From NCBI GenBank assembly GCA_051294375.1, contig CM119271.1:8051788-8115787 (forward strand): DNA of 64,000 bases, written 5' to 3'. The first letter of the stretch is position 1, and each line of letters opens with the position of its first letter. The stretch comes from Paraspadella gotoi. Taxonomy: Eukaryota; Animalia; Chaetognatha. The position numbers and the translations under genes were made by a program. This document shows positions 13,109-27,529 of the stretch, in pieces. The notes beneath the pieces were generated by a model. It worked only from the letters and a program-made list of their open reading frames with translations, did not search any database and was not told the origin of the DNA.

Positions 13109-13372
13109 CTTCTCACCCACTTCGGATCCTCACCCAGTTCTTAAACCTCGTCTTCTCTCACCGTAAACAAACGCCCACGAAAACATAAAGCGAGAAAAAC
13201 ATTGGTACAACTATAGACGGGGATGACGATGATGATGACGAAGATGACGACGATCACGACGACGACGACGACGATGACGAAGGAAATGACGAAAAGAATT
13301 ATATTCCAAAGTGCGACATTTCGTCTGCGAATTATCTTGAGAAAGTCGAAACCCACCTATCAGCAGAATCCG
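13109..13372 (+). CDS. Putative internal exon encoding an Asp-rich segment, product unknown
   Basis: tgtcacag acceptor and G|GTGAGA donor. One frame reads SHPLRILTQFLNLVFSHRKQTPTKT*SEKNIGTTIDGDDDDDDEDDDDHDDDDDDDDEGNDEKNYIPKCDISSANYLEKVETHLSAES, with a single in-frame TAA. Confidence 0.3.
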
Positions 13373-13787
13373 GTGAGACCTAATTCTCAAGGTTCTCACG
13401 CGATCCGCCGACGATCCCCGCAACATTTCTCACACATCTTACGCTCTCTCTCTATCTCCCTCTATCTCCCTCTCTCTCCCTTTCCACCCCCCCACCCGGC
13501 AGAAAATAACCTAGGCTCCCTCCCAAGGTCAAAAGTTCCCTTCCCACTCGTTTCCGAAAATTTTGTTTCAGGCTTGCTGGCTTTTCTTTTTGGCGGGGGG
13601 GATAATAATAATTATTATTGTTATTATTTGTTTCTTGTTTGTTTACTTTGCTCGGAAACGAAGGGGGGGGGGAAAGCGTTCTCCGAGGCCGCGTAGCTAA
13701 CGAGTGCGTTTCTCTCTCTCTCTCTCTCTCTCATCTCTCCTCTCTCTCTCTCTCTCCTCTCTCTTTCTCTCTCTCTCTCTCATCTCA

Positions 13788-13819
<32 letters not shown>

Positions 13820-13937
13820 TTCTCTCTCTCCTCTCTCCTCTCTCGCTCTCTCTCTCTCTCTCTCCTCGTCCTTCTCTTCTCTCTTCCTCTCTCTCTGTGT
13901 TTTTCCCTTTCAAACTCTCTCTCTCTTCTCTTCTCTC

Positions 13938-14005
<68 letters not shown>

Positions 14006-14085
14006 GTTTTCCTTCAAAACTCTCGTCTCTACTCTCTTCTCTATTTCTCTCTCTCTCCTTCTGTTTCTCGTCTCTACTCTCTCTA

Positions 14086-14116
<31 letters not shown>

Positions 14117-14689
14117 GTCCGTCTTCTCTTCCCTCTCTCTGCATCTCTCATCTCTTGCGCCCTGAACTCTCTCATCATCTCTCTAGCTCCTCTCTTCCCA
14201 CTTCAAAACCCTCGTCTTCTCTCTGGTGTTTTTCCCTTGCAAAACGCTTGAGGACCGGAACTAATTGTAACTACCAAGGAGACGGGGAAAGGCAGCGATA
14301 ATAAAACAACGGGAAACCGACCATTAAAAACAAGAGAAAGAAAAGAAAAAAAAGAATTGCGTTTTTGTCTGTCCCAAAACAAAAAAAGGAGAAGGGAATT
14401 AAATAAAGAACAACCAAAGAAAAAACGAAGCAACAACTAGCCAGAGAAATAAAAAAAAAAAATTACGCGGTTTCAAGAAGTTTCACGAGCACATAGGCTT
14501 CTATCGCTTTTCGTTGATTGGTCAGAACATCGACGCGAGACGTCTCTCTACTCCGCCAACTCCGCGCCATACCCTTCCGCCCCACTCTCCTCCGCCCCCT
14601 CTCTCTCCGTCCCCCCGGTCCCCCGCCCCTCAACCCCTCCCCCCTTCCCCCTTTCCCATTCCGCCCCTGCTCACCCCACGAGTTGACTT

Positions 14690-15330
14690 TTCAAGGTTTT
14701 TTTTTCTTTAATCGAGTTTTTTTTTTTTTTATCTGTTTTTTTCTTTTGCAGTCTCGTCAGTCCAAAGACGAACAACAACAGCAAAAACGGACGCACAACA
14801 ACAACAACGACTACATCAATCATTTTTCTCCTTAAAAAAAAAAAAACAGTTTGCGTCGTCGTTAAGCGTCAGTTTTACGACGTCGGCGAAACAACGAAGT
14901 AAAGTGAATAAAGAAACAAAAAAAAAGAAAGAAAAGAAACTCAATTAAAACAAAAGAAACTCACAAAAACCGGACGGAGACCAAAAATTATTCCACAAAA
15001 AACTAAAAACTCGTCGGTTTCCGTTTTTTTTGTTTTGTTTTTCTACCCCGGCGCCGAAACGAAACAAAAAAAAAAAGGAACGACGGCCATCCGTTAAAAA
15101 AAAACAATGCAGGTGTTTCGTACGGGAGAATGAAAAAGAAAAAAGAAAGAAAAAGAAAAGAGAAAGAAAAAAAAGATGCGATTGTGTTATTTGCAGTTTT
15201 TCTTATGAGGCAGCGGCGTATAAATTCGGGCGTCGGCGGAGGAAGAGAGGGAGGCTTTCGCAGGGTTTTTGGAGGACAGAGTTCTGTCTGACGTCTTCTG
15301 TTCTCTCTCTTCTCCTCTGTCTCTCTCTCC
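14690..15330 (+). repeat. Direct duplication copy 1 (partner 17864-18500)
   Basis: Shared anchors ttaatcgagtttt, ccggacggagaccaaaaattattccac, gaacgacggccatccgttaa and ggaggacagag.tctgtctgacgt. Offset ~3.17 kb. A 25-N gap lies just after this copy. Confidence 0.93.
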
Positions 15331-16789
15331 TCCTCTCTTCTCTCTCCTCTCTCTCGCATCTCGTCTCTCCTCGTCCTCTCTCTACCGTTCTCAGCTCTCC
15401 GCNNNNNNNNNNNNNNNNNNNNNNNNNAATGTATATATAGGTACGTCAACGCATTTTCAAATTGCTGATCCTTTCTCGAGCTAGCAATCTGAAAGTATCA
15501 AAAAAACAATGTATTTTTTTAGGTCATATTATATTATTTTTTTCTTTTTGTAAAACTCACTTTAGAAAAGGTTTGAAAATTTACCACAATGGCTTGCGCA
15601 AAAAACGGCAACAAAAGAACACATTTTTATTTTTGGGTTGTCTCGAGTAAAGACTCCCAATCGTCAAAAATTCATATTTTGTATGACATTTTATTATTTT
15701 TACGAATAAAAAAAAAAATAATGGTAATTCCGAACGAGAAAAATTCGAAAATGATTATTAATTATTTTGCTTATACAATTTTATTAGGAAAATTCTTGAC
15801 ATTCTTCCTCTTCCTCCCCCACCGCCTTTCTTGATTGGCTGTTGAAAATTTTGTATTTTTTAAAAATTCTCGCGGAAATTTACAAAATTTCACATAGTTT
15901 TACAAATTTCACAGAAATTCAGGAAAAATTTCAGAAAAAATTACATTTCGCCAGGAAATATTTGCCTTCTGTCTGAATATTAAATAATCCCAATACAAAA
16001 TTAAGCAAGATCATCTACCGCGTAGAAAATTTAGTAAAAAAAAAAATTATTCTCCAGAAAAATTTTTCACAGGAAATTTCCAAATTTCAACACAAGAAGA
16101 AGCACAAATTTTCACAGGGAGAAAAAATTACAAAATTCTCACAGAAAAAAAAAAAATACAAAATTTCGTGAAATTGTCTATTCCTTTAATCTTCTCTCTC
16201 TCCCTGCTCTCTTCTCCTTGTTTGTCTCGAACAGAGGAAAATGGTCACGCAGGGAGACGAGAAAACATCTGGTCCCGAGAACGGAGAGAAAATGAAAAAT
16301 GCATGAGGGAGCGTGAGTGAAGGGAGGAGTTCCTATTCCAATCGGAAGCGAGAGCTTTGGGGAAGATTCCCGGGGTCCCAATCGGAGAACACGGAGAATT
16401 TCTGATATGTTGCAAAGCTGCTGGAGATCGAGCTAATTTATTGTTCTGGGTGGATATATAAAAGAAAGGATCGAAAGGGAGAAAAGATAAAGAAGAAAAA
16501 AAAAAATTTTGAAAAATATTATGAATAATTGTCTGTTGAGAATTTCGAAATTCTCCTTGACCACTTGCAAATATTCTGTCAGAATTCTTTACTCTTTACT
16601 CCGCGTTTTCAGAAAAATTTGTAGAAAAGGGAAAGGAAAGAAGGAAGGGAAAAGAGTTCGAATTTCTCAGTGTAGCCAGACAGAGAATGATGGCCAGCTG
16701 TTGTTGGCTAGAATAATAACAACTTTTTTTTGTTTGCCCGCAACCCAGATTCGAAACTCGTTTATGTCTAGATCAATTCTTTCTCCAAA

Positions 16790-17585
16790 GAATTTTTCTG
16801 AAAAACCGGAGTGAAAAGAGTCAAAAAAATCAAACCGGAGAAAAAATTTGCAACTCTGGTCAAGGAGGAATTTTCGAAATTCTCACGCTTCGGCCACATT
16901 AAAGAAAAGTTAAAGGAAATAATGGTAAAAAAAAATTAAAATTTTTCCGTCGGCTTTTCTTTACAAATTTTTTTTACTGGGAAACCCGGAGTTTGAAGAG
17001 ACGTTGAAAAAAATCAACGGAAAAAACGAAAAATTTTAGCAACTCGGTCAAAAGGAGAATTTCGAAAATTCTCCACGCTTCGGCCACATAAGAAAGTTTT
17101 AAAAGAAAAATAATTTGTAAAAAATTTTAAAATTTTCCGTCTTTTCCACCAAATTTTTCTGGGGGAGGGGGAACCGAACGAGTGAAAGAGCGAAGTTTTT
17201 AGCCGGAAAATTTGCAACTCGGTCAAGTGAGAATTTCGAATTCTCACAGTTCAGACCACATAAAGAATCTAAAGGAAATAGCATATAACTATCTTTTTTT
17301 TTTTTTACAATTTTCCGTCCTTTTTACAAAATTTTTTCTGAAAACCGGAGTGAAGAGCGAAGAGTGTTCTAGACAGGAAAAAGGAAAATTTTTCCAACTC
17401 CCGGTCATCAAGGAGATTTTCGAAATTCTACAGTCAGACCACATAAAGGAACTTAAAGGTAATAACATTATACTAAACTTACTTCCACAAATTTTTTCTT
17501 GGAAACCGGGAGTCCGGCCGGAACTTTGGGCCGGGAGAAAAATTTCCAACCTGGCGTCAATGAGAATTCGAAAACTCTCACGGAA
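16790..17585. repeat. ~160-180-bp satellite-like tandem array, ~4.5-5 diverged copies
   Basis: Recurring aatttttctg..aaaccggagtgaa..aaaatttgcaactcggtcaag..gaatttcgaaattctcac..gccacataa at ~16791, 16970, 17151, 17331 and 17490. Confidence 0.85.
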
Positions 17586-17863
17586 CACACCCCCCACTTT
17601 AACCCTTAACCCACCCTTCACTCGGACACACATGCGGTTGGGTTGCTATACGGCCAACGCTCCTCGGGCCATCTAATACTTACACTTATACTACCACTAT
17701 TTCTCTACTGGTCCAATTGTGCCCCTGACCGCGCTCCTAACAAAAGTAATGTTGATGTTAGTGTTAGCCTGCTCCTCAACCAATTATTATACCTCCCTAC
17801 CCCTATTTCCTCATATTCCCCGCCACCTACCTCACTCCCACGGTATGGTTGACGACTTTCCCA

Positions 17864-18500
17864 TCAAGGCTCTCTTTTCTTTAATCGAGTTTTTTTTTTT
17901 TTTTTATCTGTTTTTTCTTTTCAGTCTCGTTCAGTCTCAAAACGAAACAAAACAACAGCAAAAACGACCACGCACAACAACAACAAACGCTACATCAATC
18001 ATTTCTCCTTAAAAAAAAAAAACAGTTTCGCGTCGTCCGTTAACGCGTCAGTTTTTACGACGTCGGCCGAAACAACGAAAAGTTGATAAAGAAAACAAAA
18101 AAAAAAAAGAAAGAAAGGGAGGGAAACTCAATTAAAAACAAATAGAAAAAAAACTCCACAAAAAACCGGACGGAGACCAAAAATTATTCCACAAAAAAAC
18201 TAAAAACTCGTCGGGTTTCCGTTTTTTTTTGTTTTGTTTTCTACCCCGAAACGAAACAAAAAAAAAAGAGGAACGACGGCCATCCGTTAAAAAAAAACAA
18301 TGCAGGTGTTTCGCGGTGAAAGAATGAAAAAAAAAAGAAAGAAAAGAAAAAGAAGAAAAGAAAAAAAAAGATGCGATGTGTTATTTGCAGTTTTTCTTGA
18401 TGACGGGCGTGATAAATTCGGGCGGCGGAGGAAGAGGAGGGCTTTCCGGAGCTTTTGGAGGACAGAGTCTGTCTGACGTGTCTCTGTTCTCTCTCTCTCT
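17864..18500 (+). repeat. Direct duplication copy 2 (partner 14690-15330)
   Basis: Colinear with copy 1 up to the CT microsatellite. Confidence 0.93.
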
Positions 18501-18521
18501 CTTCCTCTTCCTGTCTCTCTC

Positions 18522-18552
<31 letters not shown>

Positions 18553-19382
18553 CTCCTCTCTTCTCTCTCTCTCTCTCTCTCTCGCGAGGTAAGCAAAGCG
18601 GAATGGGTCATTGCGAGGGCGAGAATAGTTAAATGAATTGAAGATTGTGGTAAGGAAAAGTATAAAAATACATACTTCAGGGATAAGTCAACAAATTTTT
18701 GGGTGGTACATACTATATACGCTGTACAGAACCTTGGAAAAGTTCCTTTACGAAAGAAAACTCATTCAAAGGTTTAAAACGATTAGGTTTTTTTTTCTTC
18801 TTTTTTTGTTCTTGAGAATCACGTCGCTAACGTCTAAATGCGAATTTGCTTTTTTATTTGTGCGCAATGAATTGGCAAGGACGCTTATTGAGAGTAGAAG
18901 CTCGTGGGGAGGTCTTTAGAACGGGATACAGGGTGAAGCGGGGAGAATGGGGCGTACAGGGTGGTTGCGTTACATGAGAAGGAGAGGGAGAAGAAGAGGT
19001 CAAAACATGCCGCTCGGGATTTTGAAAGAAAAAAAAATCAGATAAACTCATCTGAATATGGAGGCATTGAGTGGAGGAAAGGAAAATGGAGGAAAGGAGG
19101 AAAGGAGAGGAGTAGAGGAAGAAGGAGTAGAGAGTGGAGGAAAGGGAGGAAAGAAAAGTAAACATTTAAAAGGAAGGGGATTGAAAAGAAATGAGGAAGT
19201 AGAGAAGTAAGAGAGCTTGAGGAGCAAACGACAGAAAGAAGCAAAAAGAAAAAAGCAAAAAAGTCAGAGGAGAAAATGAGTTAGAAGAGAAAAAGCGAAA
19301 AAGGGAAAAGGCTAGGAGAGCGATGGCGAAAAAATTGGGGAGCTCCTGGAGCAAGATAAAAAGAAGACGAGTCAGATAGGTA

Positions 19383-19560
19383 AAGGGCGAAAATTATAGG
19401 AGCAAAATGAAGGAAAAGAGGAGTTATATGAGAAAAAAGCTGAAAAGCGAAAATTATAGGAGCAAAAGAAAAAAGTAGAGGAGCTATAGGAGTAAAGAGG
19501 CGAAAGGCGAAAATTAGAGGAGCAAAAGCAAAGAGAAGAGGAGCAATAGGAGTAAAGAGG
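19383..19560. repeat. 60-bp tandem repeat, 3 copies
   Basis: gcgaaaatta(t/g)aggagcaaaa..gaggag..ata.gag aligns in register on three consecutive 60-nt lines. Confidence 0.85.
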
Positions 19561-19812
19561 CTCTCCGTGACGCGAAGGGCGGATCCGCACCTGTTTTCAC
19601 CTTATTTCCGCGGGAGGCGGCCTCGTCTTTGAACCCTTCGCTGCGTCGTGAGAAAAGAAGAGGGAAAAAAGAAGAAGAAAAAAAAAGAAATGAGAGGGAA
19701 AAAAGAAAAAAAGTACAAAGGCGGGAAAAAAGTAAATGGAAAAGAAAGGATTAGGTTCTGCCCCTCGATTCTCATTGCGACATGAATGAGAGAGAGAGAG
19801 AGAGAGCAGAGA

Positions 19813-19860
<48 letters not shown>

Positions 19861-20062
19861 GGAGAGAGAGAGAGAGAGAGAGAGAATTCCTCCTTCTCCG
19901 TCTTGTGAAAGAAAGGCTATTGATTCGTTTCTTGTGATTCAATTTCGATTTCATTTCTTTTCTTTTGAATAATTGATGTTTGATTGTTAATCGATTCGTT
20001 TAAGGTGTATATATTAGTTATATAATACATCGAAAAAGAAAGAAAGAAAGAAAGAAAGAAAA

Positions 20063-20093
<31 letters not shown>

Positions 20094-20532
20094 AGAAAAA
20101 GAAACATTGAAATTAAGAAGGGAGAAAGAAAGAAAGAAAGAAAAGAAAGAAAAGAAAGAATGAAAGAAAGAAGAAAGAAAGAAGAAGAAAGAAGAACGAA
20201 AGAAATTAAGAAAGAAAGAAAGAAAGAAAGAAAGAAATAAAGAAAGAAAAGAAAGAAAAAAAGAAAAAAGAAGAGAAAGAAAGAAAAAAGAAAGAAAAGA
20301 AAGAAGACAAGAAAGTAAAGAAAAAGAAGAGGAAATAAAAAAAAGAAAAGAAAAGAAAAAAGAGAAAGAAAAAAAAGAAAGAAAGAAAAAAAAGATTCCA
20401 TTCCTCTTCGTATTCTCTTTCCCCTCGCTTTTTTTTTACCCAAAAACAGAAAATTTTCTCCGTTTGACGAGAGAGAGAGAGAGGAGAGGAGTAGAGAAGA
20501 GAGAGAGAGAGAGAGAGAGAGAAGAGAGAGAG

Positions 20533-20567
<35 letters not shown>

Positions 20568-22691
20568 CGTAAACAAGCGTGAGAACCGAAGTGATAAGAG
20601 GAGAGAGAACAGAGACAAAAAGTTTTATCGAAGTGCCTTTTTGCTCTTCTGTTTACGTCGGGAAGAGGTGGGGCGTGTCGCCTTAAACCTTCGAGTATTC
20701 CTCGTCGTGGCGAAATCGGTTAGATCGTCGCGATTCGTAAAGAGGTTCAAGGGTTCGAGCCGCTCGCTTGAAAAAGGAGCTGGTTTTAAAGTGAACACTG
20801 ATATCCTTATTATTAGAATTTCTAATACTAAGACATCTTTAATGCTAACAAATTTGTAAATTTCAAAGTTGCTACGTTTTAGGTAATAACTGGAATCGTG
20901 CAATACGATNNNNNNNNNNNNNNNNNNNNNNNNNNNNNNNNNNNNNNNNNNNNNNNNNNNNNNNNNNNNNNNNNNNNNNNNNNNNNNNNNNNNNNNNNNN
21001 NNNNNNNNNNNNNNNNNNNNNNNNNNNNNNNNNNNNNNNNNNNNNNNNNNNNNNNNNNNNNNNNNNNNNNNNNNNNNNNNNNNNNNNNNNNNAACAACAA
21101 AGTAAACAGAGTAGAACAACAACAAAGAAGAGGATCGCTTAAGTTCTCATGTAATTCGGTTGGAAGAAAGACACTCGATATACGATAACGTTTACCCCTC
21201 CCCCTCCCGTCTTCAGCCTCCCCTTTCCATAAAAACGAATATAACAAAAACAACAACGGAATTTTGAAGAGAGAGAAGAAAATTGGGAACCGTTTCGACG
21301 AACGGACCGACTCTCGTAATTTACTCCAGGGAAATCGAGGAAAACGACCATCTGCAAGGAAATGGATTGCAGGCACCAACGCGAGACTCGGTCGCGGACT
21401 CGCGAAAAAACGGAAAAAGAAATGTTCACGATTTTGGCAGACGTTTGTTGAAAGTGAACACGGTAATTAACAGTCACAGTTTTTTTTTAGTTTAATATAA
21501 ATCGTTGTTGCAAATAAATTCAAACTTATTTCTACTAATCCAAACACAACGAAAAGAAAGGAAATTCGCTATGCCTAGTTTAATATATACTTTTTTGCGA
21601 TTTTCATTTTCATTTTCATTTTCATCTTCATTTTCATTTTCATTTGCTGATTTTAAAATACTTGTAAACCTGGCCTTCCTTCGCTGAATCATTCCAGGTT
21701 AATTTCTTGTGCGAAGTTCGCGAGAACAAAACAAGGGAGAAATCAAACGCTGGTATAGTCGTCGTCGTCGTCGTCGTTATCGTTGTCGTCGTCGTTATTG
21801 TTGTCGTCGTTGGTAAAAAGGTCATGTCGTGAATTTTTCTCTTTTCGCCTGATTTATTCATTTCTTTACAACGTCATCAATATTCTTTTAAAATTAGATA
21901 ATACTAATATACTTTAACTCACATATTCAATTTACTCTAGTCATTTTTAATAAAACTTTGACATCTAAAATCGAACTGGTTTTTTTCGCTTTCAATTCCA
22001 CAACAAATCTTCGGCGAATTTTTTAAAAATTTTAATTCTTTCCGATATATTTGAGACGAGAAAGTTTTCTTTTTTTCATTTTTCTTATTTTCTCTTAACT
22101 TTTTCCTTTTCCTTTTTCTCCTTTCATCAGTCCCCCACCTCCTGTTAAACCACCTCTCTTTGTCCTCTCTTTGTCTTCTCTTTGTCCTCTTTTTTTCTTC
22201 TCTCTTCCCCTATCTCTTCTCTCTTTGAACCCGATACATTTCCTTTGCCTTGTTATTCTTCTCCCTCTTCTCTCTCATTTATCATCCCAATTACTCTGCA
22301 TTCCTTCGGGCGTTTTTTCTTTTCTTTTCTAAAACAGGAGAGAGATCTGATGCACGGCACGCGCTGCCTCAGCGGGGGCTGCGCTTCGCCGGCAGCGGCC
22401 GCGACGTCGGCTTCAGCGCGGCCCTCTTGCCTTCCGCAGGATTCTTTTGGTTGCTCGGCGTCGCGACGTAAATTTATCGTCAGCGCCGAGAACATGCTAA
22501 GAAGCGCCGTTCATAGCGAGGTCGGCGCCATCTAGGGGGAGGAAGGTAGAATATTACAATAAATTACGATATGAGAAATGATGAATATCAGACGATGTCT
22601 TCACAGATGGTAAAATAACGTGGCTTTAAAGCGGGGAAATATTATTTATTCGATTTGTCTAATTATCCATTGAATTAACGAATTGGTAAAA

Positions 22692-22812
22692 ATTTTACTT
22701 TCGCGTACCGGGGTTTTGGCGTCTTTTGAAAAATATTTAAATATATTTATAAAACTTTTTAAAATTTTAGCGATTATTCTTAACCTAAACCCCTAACGTC
22801 GGCGAAGTACAT
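22692..22812. mobile_element. MITE-like element copy (mirror of 39721-39858)
   Basis: Ends attttactttcgcgtacc and gtcggcgaagtacat are imperfect inverted repeats. The interior is an AT-rich tract plus taacctaaacccctaac. Confidence 0.55.
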
Positions 22813-23952
22813 TAATTTTTATTTTATTTTTTTTTACTTATTAAATTAAACTTAAAAAAGAGATTACAAAATTGGTTTAGTTTGATTGATTTAGTCTCGC
22901 AATTAATGTTTAAGGTGAGTAATGAAGAGTTTCTATTGATCTCAGACAATTTTATTTATACATTTTCGTTAATCTAGATTTTGCTAACGGATTAGCAAAG
23001 CTTACCTCATAAATGAATAATGGGAAAGGGCGATAAAAAGTATCAAAATATAAGAGTCGATAACTCAAAGGATGTACAAAACGTTGATATACGCAGAATT
23101 AAAAAAATTACAACTTTAAAAAAACAGAGTACCCGTTCTAAGCACCAATAATACGCCTGGAAAAGCTCGGCCATGACGAACCAGAAACAGATTATAAGAA
23201 AGTCGTCTCAATCCAAATTCGAGGCAGCAGCGACCAGGATATCTTGAACCAGAGCGGGACAAAGAAAAATAAAGTTGATGAAAGGTATTACGTCCTGGTG
23301 AAAGATTCAACGATGGCCGGTTTCGGGGGGTCTGGTGATTTTCCGCTCTCTCGTTGGTTGAATTTAGAGGTAGTGATCAGACGGACTCTGCTACTGTAAG
23401 CAACGTAAAAGAGAATACTGTACACATGAAAGTAAACTTGAATTTAGTTAAAATTACAACTGAGCAGAGCAATGTTGTCCTAAATCGCAATTGGATATTG
23501 CTCAATGATAAAAAACTTAGAAAAAATCCCAAAATTATTTTTTTTAAAATTTTTAAAATTCTACCTGAGAAAACTAGCCTTTTAGGACTTGTACTTTGTA
23601 TGATTGAGTTTGATACAATTCTTTATCACTCGTATTTTATTATAACAACTTTATAATTTAATTTCTCATTTCCATTTTTTTCCCTGTGCTTTAAAAACTA
23701 AGAAGCTTGTTCGATCCCCTGTGAATATACCCGCGTAATCCTTGTTGCAAAAAAATAAATTAAAACGGTTTGTGCTTTTGTTCAATGAAAAGAAAGAAAG
23801 TTTGAGATTCTCAAAAGTTTTTCTTTATTTCGAAATTTAGAATGAGTTCATTGATACTCAATTCAAGGAATTTGGGTTTTGAACGAAAGTTCGAAATAAT
23901 TTCATTTATCAGAGATTAAAACGTGAGAAGAGAGAGATAGAGTTGAGAAGAT

Positions 23953-23991
<39 letters not shown>

Positions 23992-26900
23992 AGAGAGAGA
24001 AGAGAGAAGATTAGAGAGATAGAGAGAGATGAGAAGCAGAGACGACTCTATAGTTTACACCTACGTAGAGAGTAGACAGGAGGAGAGCTCCAGAAAGATA
24101 GAAATAGGAGAAGTCTCAATTCACAGCCTGCCTCTCCCCTTCTCACCTCCAGTGTCTCACTGTAATATCACACATCCTCCCCTCAGATTTTTCTAAAAAT
24201 AAAAAAAGTTACACTGAAGCGCAAAAACATTGGTTGTGCGAACGTAATCCAGTAAAGTTTTAATCTGTCTTGTTTTCATAAGCCTCTCTCGTTTCTCTCG
24301 TCTCTCTCTCTCTCTTCTCTCTCTCGTTCTCTCTCTTCTCTCTCTCTCTTCTCCTCTCCGTTGTTTTCACCATTTTTCATTCTTATTTTTTCCCTTTTCC
24401 TTTCCTATTTTTTTTAATTCATTTCAATCTTTAATTCGAACTTTGTCAGAATTTTTTTTTTATTTCGACGAAAACAAGCGTCGCCTAGCGACGGTTTTGT
24501 TTACATTCTTTGTTGCGTTCGTGGATAGATTGAGGCTCGGCACGGGAAAATTAACATTATTTCAAGAAGATCGCAAAAAATTTTTTTTCTTTATTACACA
24601 TTCATAGGAAACGTTACACAATATAAATTAGAATCGAGAGGGAATTTCGAATGAAAATGATATAACTTTGAATTTTGAAATTGCCGCCGTTCTAGACTCA
24701 TAGATAAGCGTGCAAAATTGTTAACTTATTAATGTTTTGTTCATATTTATAGACAAAAATCCTCATGAATATAGTTTCCGAGTTATTGATAAAAAATATT
24801 CTTCAATTGCTAGTGCCAAGAATTAGGGAAAAAATAAAAAACATTTTGAAAATTAATAGAAAGAAAAAGAAATACAAAAGTTCCGCGTTGTTAAAATTTG
24901 AAAAAGGTTCAAAATAAATAACGGATAAATGAATAATCGTCCCGCATTCTCTTACTTCTCCCCTGGTTTAATCAAATTTTCGCGTTCGGAAGCTTTTGTT
25001 CGTCAGTTATCTTCCGGGGACCGCAGCGCCGTTCTTTCGCCATTAGCGTTTACAAGGATGGCTCGTCGCACGAAATTGCGATTCGGAGGAAAACAAAGTG
25101 GCGTCGTCAAAGTATTGTTTTATGTCGATGGCGGTAGGCAGTGAGAGTGAAGACCAGGTCTGAGACCGAGAGGTGAAGGGAGTTTTTTTTTGGTGGGGGG
25201 TGGATTTTTTTTTGGGGGGAGAAGGAAAGACCTGGTGACTGATGGGGTGAGAAGATGAATGTGGGGAGAGCGTTGATGGATGAAGCGGACGAAGGTAGTG
25301 ATTGAGTTAGTGATGAGGAATGATTGGAGAAGTTGATAGAAGAAAGTGTGTGATTGATCGACAAGCGATGAGGAAGTGATAATGAATAATGAAGGGAAAT
25401 GTAGCTGTTACAAGTTGAGATTGAAAGATAGGTGTCTGTTTAAATAAGCGTTGGAAAACAAAAGGACGAGTTGAATTGCTTCAGAACGACTTTGAAGAAA
25501 AGCGAAAGCGCATTTAAATTTTTTAAGAGTATGTTGAAAGAAAAGAAGGGGAATTGAAAAAAGAATGAGAGTTGGAAGAAAAGAGAGAGAAATTGAAAGA
25601 AGAATGAGAGCCTTGAAGAAAATATAGGAGAGAGGACACTGAAATGAAGAAAGAGAGCGTTGAAGAAAAAGAGAGAACATTGAAGAAAAAAATCGATGGA
25701 AAGATAAAGAAAAGAGTGATATTGGGGCGTGGTAGAATGGCGCTTAATGTTTTAACCGTTCTTTACTCACACTTTATGGGCGCGCCATTTATTTTTTTTT
25801 TCACAAATGACGACAACGACGACGACGACACGACGACGAACGACGACAACGACGGGAGCAGTAATCAGTCCCGCAAACTCCTCTTGCCATCACAACAGTA
25901 ACTTTCACACACACACAACAATCAGGACGCAGATCGTCGAATCAATTTGCATACATTAGATTCCCCGATCTGGAATTCATCCCGCAAAGAAAAAATTCGA
26001 GGAATATCATCGTCGAAATCGTTATTGTGATTCTGAGTTGATTTCGATTTTCGCGGGAAAAGTTTGAATTTCGATTCGATTGAATTTGTATCAATTTGAA
26101 ATTGTCTGATTCGTCTTTGTTATTCCTAAGACCTTCATTCACTCTACAAGATAACAACGTCGACGGCACTCTGGATCGCTTTTCAAATTCATTAATCTTT
26201 CAACTCCTAGTTTATTAACGTCCAGAGAATCTGGCTTCCTTATGCAAGCGAGTGGTCTCTAATTTTTTACCCGTTTCAATTCGACTTATAAAGGGAGCAG
26301 TCTCGTAGATTTTTAATAATATAATCATGAGTCAATTCCGATACCTTCGCAAAAATAATTTCAAAATTACCTGTGAATTTTACCTGAATCAACTGCTCGT
26401 GAAAACTTTCGGTCGAGTTCAGCGAACGAAGTGACGAAATGCCAGAGAAGGAAATTCTCGGTTCATCGAATTTCGGACGGTTTCGCTCGGGGTTCACTAC
26501 TCTCTCTCTCTCTCTCATCTTCTTCTTCTCTCTCTCTTCTCTCTCTCTTCTCTTCTCTTCTCCTCTTCTCTCTCACTCTCTCTCTCTCTCACCGAATCCC
26601 GGTCTTACCTTTCGTCGATCCGCCACGCGCCGGTATCCGCTGTCATTTTTCATTTCTCCTTCAATTCACTTCCTTTCGCTTTCACTCATTCCTTTTTCTT
26701 TTCACTTATCACATCTCTCTCAGCTTCTCTTTTCTTCTCTTTCAATTTTTGCTTTCTTTTTTCAGAACTTTTTCTTTTTTTTTTTCTCTTCTCTCTTTCC
26801 TCCTGCCAATTCTCAACACAGTCTCTTCATTTTTTCCTTTTTTTCCCCGGTTTCATATTTTTTTTTTATCAATTTTTTTTCCCTCTGCCCTGGTTATCTT

Positions 26901-27035
26901 TTTTTTTTTATTATCTTGTTCCCCTTCCTGGTCAACTCATCTATTGAATTCCCAAAATTTTATTCTGATAAACAAACAACACAGTTTGACTCCATCCCTT
27001 TTTTCTCTTTTCGTTAACAGTGTCCTAGTATTCTG

Positions 27036-27103
<68 letters not shown>

Positions 27104-27529
27104 TTCTTTCCTATTTTCCTTTTTTTCCCTCTCTCTCTCTCAACCTCTCACCCCTCTCCCCGTCTCTCTCCCTTTCTCCCTTCCCTGCACTCGAACATCG
27201 TGTCGATAACGAGCCGCGAGAGCGTCCTTTGCGTTTTCTTTGTTAGAAAAAAAGAAATATACACACGCATAACGATCGTAGATGGTAAAACTACAGAGTA
27301 ATGCCTCTTTTTGCTGCCATACTCCAGGGAGCAGCTTCTTTTTTTTCACTTTTTTTCGTCACGCACGTGTAAACATCTTGCTTTTTACAAGCATAAACCA
27401 GGCTGTACGGTTGACGTAACGTCGACTACAGAAAGTATAAAAAGTTTATATCGGTTCGATGAAGCTTTCCCATTTTGTTTTTTTTTTTTTAATAACCATC
27501 GTTAATATAATACCGTCCCAATGTCAAAA

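Noticed and set aside
22338-22471. Plus-strand terminal exon with a GPI-like hydrophobic tail (..GFSAALLPSAGFFWLLGVAT*)
   Set aside because: An acceptor-like site exists at 22337, but the frame is not preserved in the mirror copy and the strand cannot be resolved, so it is not called.
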